Below are positions 34,970 through 37,802 of a stretch of DNA of 37,802 nt, piece after piece. Each line of letters begins with the position of its first letter. Position 1 is the stretch's first letter. Under the pieces are notes generated by a model. That model was not told the DNA's origin. It did not search any database and saw only the letters and a list, made by a program, of their open reading frames with translations. This DNA is from a virus (taxonomy: Duplodnaviria; Caudoviricetes), in IMG/VR virus record IMGVR_UViG_3300030372_000099, positions 1 to 37,802 of that record, one strand, 5' to 3'. A program made the position numbers and the translations under genes.

Positions 34970-35232
34970 TGTATCAATGCACTTATAAACTACCTGGGAG
35001 AGAGAAAACTTTTGTCGCTCCCACTATTCCAGCTGCTCATAAACTTTTTATGAAAGATTATGCCGAGGCTGCTGGCGAAGTAAAAAAAGTAAAAATAGAA
35101 AAGCAAGAAGATCCATTATTTTTAATGGTAGTAAGTTATCCAACTTACAGAGATTTTTTTGCAAATCCTAAAACTGCAAATGATGGAGATCCAGAAAAGT
35201 TTGGAATTTTCTTTACTGAGGGAGGTATATAA
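34969..35232 (+). CDS. Hypothetical protein upstream of the integrase
   Basis: 87 aa; SD and TAATG coupling. Confidence 0.75.
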   Translation: MYQCTYKLPGREKTFVAPTIPAAHKLFMKDYAEAAGEVKKVKIEKQEDPLFLMVVSYPTYRDFFANPKTANDGDPEKFGIFFTEGGI

Positions 35233-35235
35233 TTA

Positions 35236-36492
35236 ATGAAAGTATGGATAGTTAAAAAACCTAGGAAAAAAGGATTTGTATGGGTAGTTAAAGCATACGA
35301 TAAATTAAGCGGTAAAACTAAAAATCTTGAGACTTTTCCTAAGAATAAAAAAACTCAAGCTATAGCCTTTAAAGAAGAAAAAGAAAAAGAGGATATGGAA
35401 AATCTAATACCAGCTGATATTACTTTTGACCAGGCTTTCAAGGAATATAAACATTCTATCTTATCTAATAAACAATTAGTTGAAGAGACTAGATTGCTTA
35501 AATGTGGGTTCATAAACAGCCATATAGCTCCGTATATTAACAAAAAGGTAAAATTTAATGGAGAGGTAAGGCATGAAAAAGTAGAGAAATTAGGAGACTA
35601 TACTTACTATGATTTTAAGCACTCTTATATTCCTCAATTAATAGAATCTAAAAAAACTCAAGTTAAGAATAAAAAAGGTGGTGGATTTACTACTGAAAGA
35701 ACCAAGGATCCAATTGGAAAGAAAACCATTAAGGATGTGGTTGGAGAATTTAAAATGTTTGTTCACTATTGCAGAGATAGGAAGTGGTATATGCCAAAGG
35801 AGATCCTAGAATATGAATTTACCCATAACTTCTTCCAGGATTATATTCCTAAATCCGAGTGGGTTCCTAAAAAATCAACTGTTAATAAAATACTTGATAG
35901 TGAAAAGGATCTGCAAAATAAAACATTATTTTTAACGGCTGCTATATGTGGTCCAAGATTAAATGAAATCCTGGCATTAACTTATTGTAATGTGGATTTA
36001 TTATCGGATCCACCGCAGCTTAAATTCAGACACTCGGTTGATAAATGGAATAACTTTAGAGAGCATAAATTAAAAACTGCCAGCTCAAGAAGAGAAACTC
36101 CAATTAGCAAGGAGCTAGTTATTTTGTTAAAGAACTGGATGCAGCAGCAGAAAAACCCAAAAAGAGCAAAAAAAACTAAAGATGATGAAGGAAATATCAT
36201 TACAGATGGAGGTAAATACAAATTGCTATTTGGTTCATTAAGTAAAAAGTCTGCTAGAGGTAGAGTTAAAAGAGCTGCCAAGGCTTTAGGTTTGGAATGG
36301 AAAGGTGGATTAAAACCACTTAGAAAATTCAGATACTCATTAGTTAAAGAGCAAGGAGAGCTTACAGATATTCAAGCTAGACAACAGCAAGGTTGGACTA
36401 TGGAAAGTAAAACTCCTCAAAGATACTACCATAAGAACTTGGATAGCAACCCAGAAAAAACTAAATCAGCTATTAATAAACTGCTTAATTAA
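35236..36492 (+). CDS. int: Tyrosine integrase
   Basis: GPRLNEILAL (Arg I), KLKT, KPLRKF, QGW and RYY; N-terminal arm-binding-like region; attP nearby. Confidence 0.9.
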   Translation: MKVWIVKKPRKKGFVWVVKAYDKLSGKTKNLETFPKNKKTQAIAFKEEKEKEDMENLIPADITFDQAFKEYKHSILSNKQLVEETRLLKCGFINSHIAPYINKKVKFNGEVRHEKVEKLGDYTYYDFKHSYIPQLIESKKTQVKNKKGGGFTTERTKDPIGKKTIKDVVGEFKMFVHYCRDRKWYMPKEILEYEFTHNFFQDYIPKSEWVPKKSTVNKILDSEKDLQNKTLFLTAAICGPRLNEILALTYCNVDLLSDPPQLKFRHSVDKWNNFREHKLKTASSRRETPISKELVILLKNWMQQQKNPKRAKKTKDDEGNIITDGGKYKLLFGSLSKKSARGRVKRAAKALGLEWKGGLKPLRKFRYSLVKEQGELTDIQARQQQGWTMESKTPQRYYHKNLDSNPEKTKSAINKLLN

Positions 36493-36657
36493 ATGACAAT
36501 TAAAAAAGATCTTTATGTTTGGGTAGTAAAAAATGGTTCTAAAAGACCCAAAAAAATTAAATTAAAAAAATTAATTAATACTCTTAATCTTGAATTATTT
36601 ACTAAAAAATTCTTTGTAAATGAAAAAGATGCTAAGAAATATATTATAAATGGATGA
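36493..36657 (+). CDS. Small basic protein (54 aa)
   Basis: Manual translation MTIKKDLYVWVVKNGSKRPKKIKLKKLINTLNLELFTKKFFVNEKDAKKYIING; starts right after the int stop. Confidence 0.6.
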   Translation: MTIKKDLYVWVVKNGSKRPKKIKLKKLINTLNLELFTKKFFVNEKDAKKYIING

Positions 36658-36835
36658 GCAGCCAATGAGCTATCTTTTGTTTAAGTTAAATATGGAAATG
36701 AATTATCAGAATACCTTTGAAAAGGATGATGAAGTTAGGAAAGAATATAATAAATATCTCCAGGGTATAGAAAGGAGCAAAAAAAAAGGCGGGGAAATAA
36801 TCCCCGCCAATTCATCTCTTAAAGTAAAACTTTAA
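36650..36835 (+). CDS. Hypothetical protein
   Basis: 61-aa ORF overlapping the previous stop; its 3' end runs through the terminator hairpin. Confidence 0.55.
   Translation: MDEQPMSYLLFKLNMEMNYQNTFEKDDEVRKEYNKYLQGIERSKKKGGEIIPANSSLKVKL
36779..36808 (-). terminator. Rho-independent terminator for the minus-strand transcript
   Basis: GGCGGGGA-aataa-TCCCCGCC stem with a long T run following on the minus strand; located where the two arms converge. Confidence 0.8.
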
Positions 36836-36863
36836 ATCCCACCTAAAATAAAAAAAATATTTC

Positions 36864-37091
36864 ACTACCCCTTTTACTACCCCTAAAAAAAATAAGCATT
36901 GGTATTACTGGGTTAAATTGGTCGGGGCGGCAGGATTTGAAACTATAGACCAAACCTCCCAGAAGTATTGATATACCTTATTAAAACTAGAAATTGAATA
37001 AAAAAAGTTGCCATAAATCCCATTAAATAAGTGTTTATTTTATTGGGTCATATCAGCGTGAGTTATCGCTTACTACCCTTTTACAGACCCT
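36864..37091. other. attP: 23-bp tRNA-Pro 3' end core (36919-36941) flanked by arm-type repeats
   Basis: Minus strand TTCAAATCCTGCCGCCCCGACCA is a T-loop, T-stem, acceptor strand and CCA. ACTACCC(C)T repeats at 36864, 36876 and 37072. Confidence 0.85.
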
Positions 37092-37269
37092 CAAAAGTCT
37101 TATCTAAAGCTCTTTGGTTATCATCTTCTTTCATACATTGATAATGAGCTTTTGTCTTATCTGCAAACGCTACAAAACTTTCTTGGTTTGTCATCTCGGC
37201 TGAACAATAACGGCACTTACCTATATCCATTACTATTACAGTTGGTTTCTTCCAAAGTTTCTTAGGCAT
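37081..37269 (-). CDS. Small Zn-finger-like protein
   Basis: CRYC...HYQC. Confidence 0.7.
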   Translation of the reverse strand: MPKKLWKKPTVIVMDIGKCRYCSAEMTNQESFVAFADKTKAHYQCMKEDDNQRALDKTFEGL

Positions 37270-37587
37270 TTATCCGCCAAGTGGATTTGATGCAGCTTTT
37301 AATTCTTCAATTTTTAATTCAAGTAACTTAATAGATTTCTCATTAATCTTAGATCTAGTATCTATACCAGATACATCTACTTCTTTTTTACTTTCTAATG
37401 CTGCAATTTTTTCTTCAATAACAGCTATCTGTGCTGAATAATCTATATCAACTGTTTTAGACGCATTTTCTAATACATCTATCTTTGTCATAACTTCTCC
37501 GTACTTGACAAAGCCAGCTCCAATAGAACCAATTAAACCAATAATAACAACTATATTAGTAAGATTCTTTTTAATATCATTAACCAT
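37270..37587 (-). CDS. Membrane-anchored coiled-coil protein
   Basis: TM IVVIIGLIGSIGAGFV, heptads, NPLGG end. Confidence 0.8.
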   Translation of the reverse strand: MVNDIKKNLTNIVVIIGLIGSIGAGFVKYGEVMTKIDVLENASKTVDIDYSAQIAVIEEKIAALESKKEVDVSGIDTRSKINEKSIKLLELKIEELKAASNPLGG

Positions 37588-37802
37588 TTCTTAATACCTC
37601 TATCTCCATTAATAGTTTTTGTTTTTGTATGTTGATGTTTTGTAAGATACTTTCTTTAATGTTTATTGGATCATTACTAATGTAAGTTGCCAAATTAACA
37701 TTGTTATAAATGTCTCTATTATCAGACATAATAACCTGGTTTAAATATATATCTTTACTCTTATAAAACTCTTGGTTTATATACTCAGCTAAAACCATAT
37801 CG
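37580..37802 (-). CDS. C-terminal part of a larger protein (5' end outside window)
   Basis: Frame open to the window edge; ends in a coiled coil overlapping the next start. Confidence 0.7.
   Translation of the reverse strand, partial: DMVLAEYINQEFYKSKDIYLNQVIMSDNRDIYNNVNLATYISNDPINIKESILQNINIQKQKLLMEIEVLRNG

Larger units (their letters stand above)
34395..34971 (+). repeat. Three dispersed AAAGGAGGCTGC(T/A)TAATG gene-junction repeats
   Basis: Copies at 34395-34413, 34565-34583 and 34954-34971. Confidence 0.9.
1..37802. mobile_element. Near-complete temperate podovirus genome (HTVC010P-type pelagiphage-like), excised/circularly permuted form
   Basis: Complete T7/BPP-1-like head-tail module, lysis genes, CI/Cro switch, integrase and an internal attP. 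No host genes; no DNA or RNA polymerase seen. Confidence 0.9.

Noticed and set aside
34395-34971. CRISPR array
   Set aside because: Repeats are 18-19 bp SD/stop/start junctions separated by whole genes of unequal length; there is no cas operon.
1898-36281. Other overlapping or antisense ORFs in the track (e.g. 3581-3790, 5764-5946, 8853-9038, 9267-9497, 20564-20776, 23346-23555, 30157-30576, 35982-36281)
   Set aside because: They overlap well-conserved genes, have shadow-like S/L/F/I/P-rich composition and lack expression signals. Only 12017-12265 was kept, because the host frame becomes linker-like there.
36919-36960. Complete tRNA gene
   Set aside because: Only the 3' 23 nt match; the 5' T-stem strand, anticodon arm and D arm cannot be formed. 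Treated as the attP core.

Overview
This window is nearly all of an AT-rich temperate podovirus genome in its excised (attP-intact) form. Gene content and base composition resemble HTVC010P-type phages of SAR11/Pelagibacter; that host call is inference, not a database result. The long minus-strand arm (about 30.1 kb down to position 1, continuing at 37.8-37.1 kb) carries a Cro-like regulator, an HTH replication initiator, TerS/TerL, a T7/BPP-1-type portal, scaffold, capsid, tail tubes A/B, four internal (ejection) proteins, tail fibres and lysis genes. The plus-strand arm (30.2-36.8 kb) carries a CI-like repressor, an exonuclease/SSAP/SSB recombination module, a cassette-like run of small early genes and a tyrosine integrase. 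An attP with a tRNA-Pro 3' end core follows the integrase. Both window ends cut minus-strand genes, consistent with a circular genome missing a short segment. The main finding is an internal virion protein (11281-13857) with an embedded RelA/SpoT-type synthetase domain. Next to that domain lies a protein-like antisense ORF (12017-12265) nested inside the same gene, with a possible leaderless promoter. Together they are a candidate virion-injected toxic alarmone/pyrophosphokinase effector with an antisense-nested immunity gene. Other notable elements are a 17-bp operator at three leaderless promoters, a permuted RNA motif pair in the capsid leader, repeated 18-19 bp gene junctions, and codon-anomalous patches flanking a tail-fibre SPRY domain. 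All family assignments come from motif recognition by eye.
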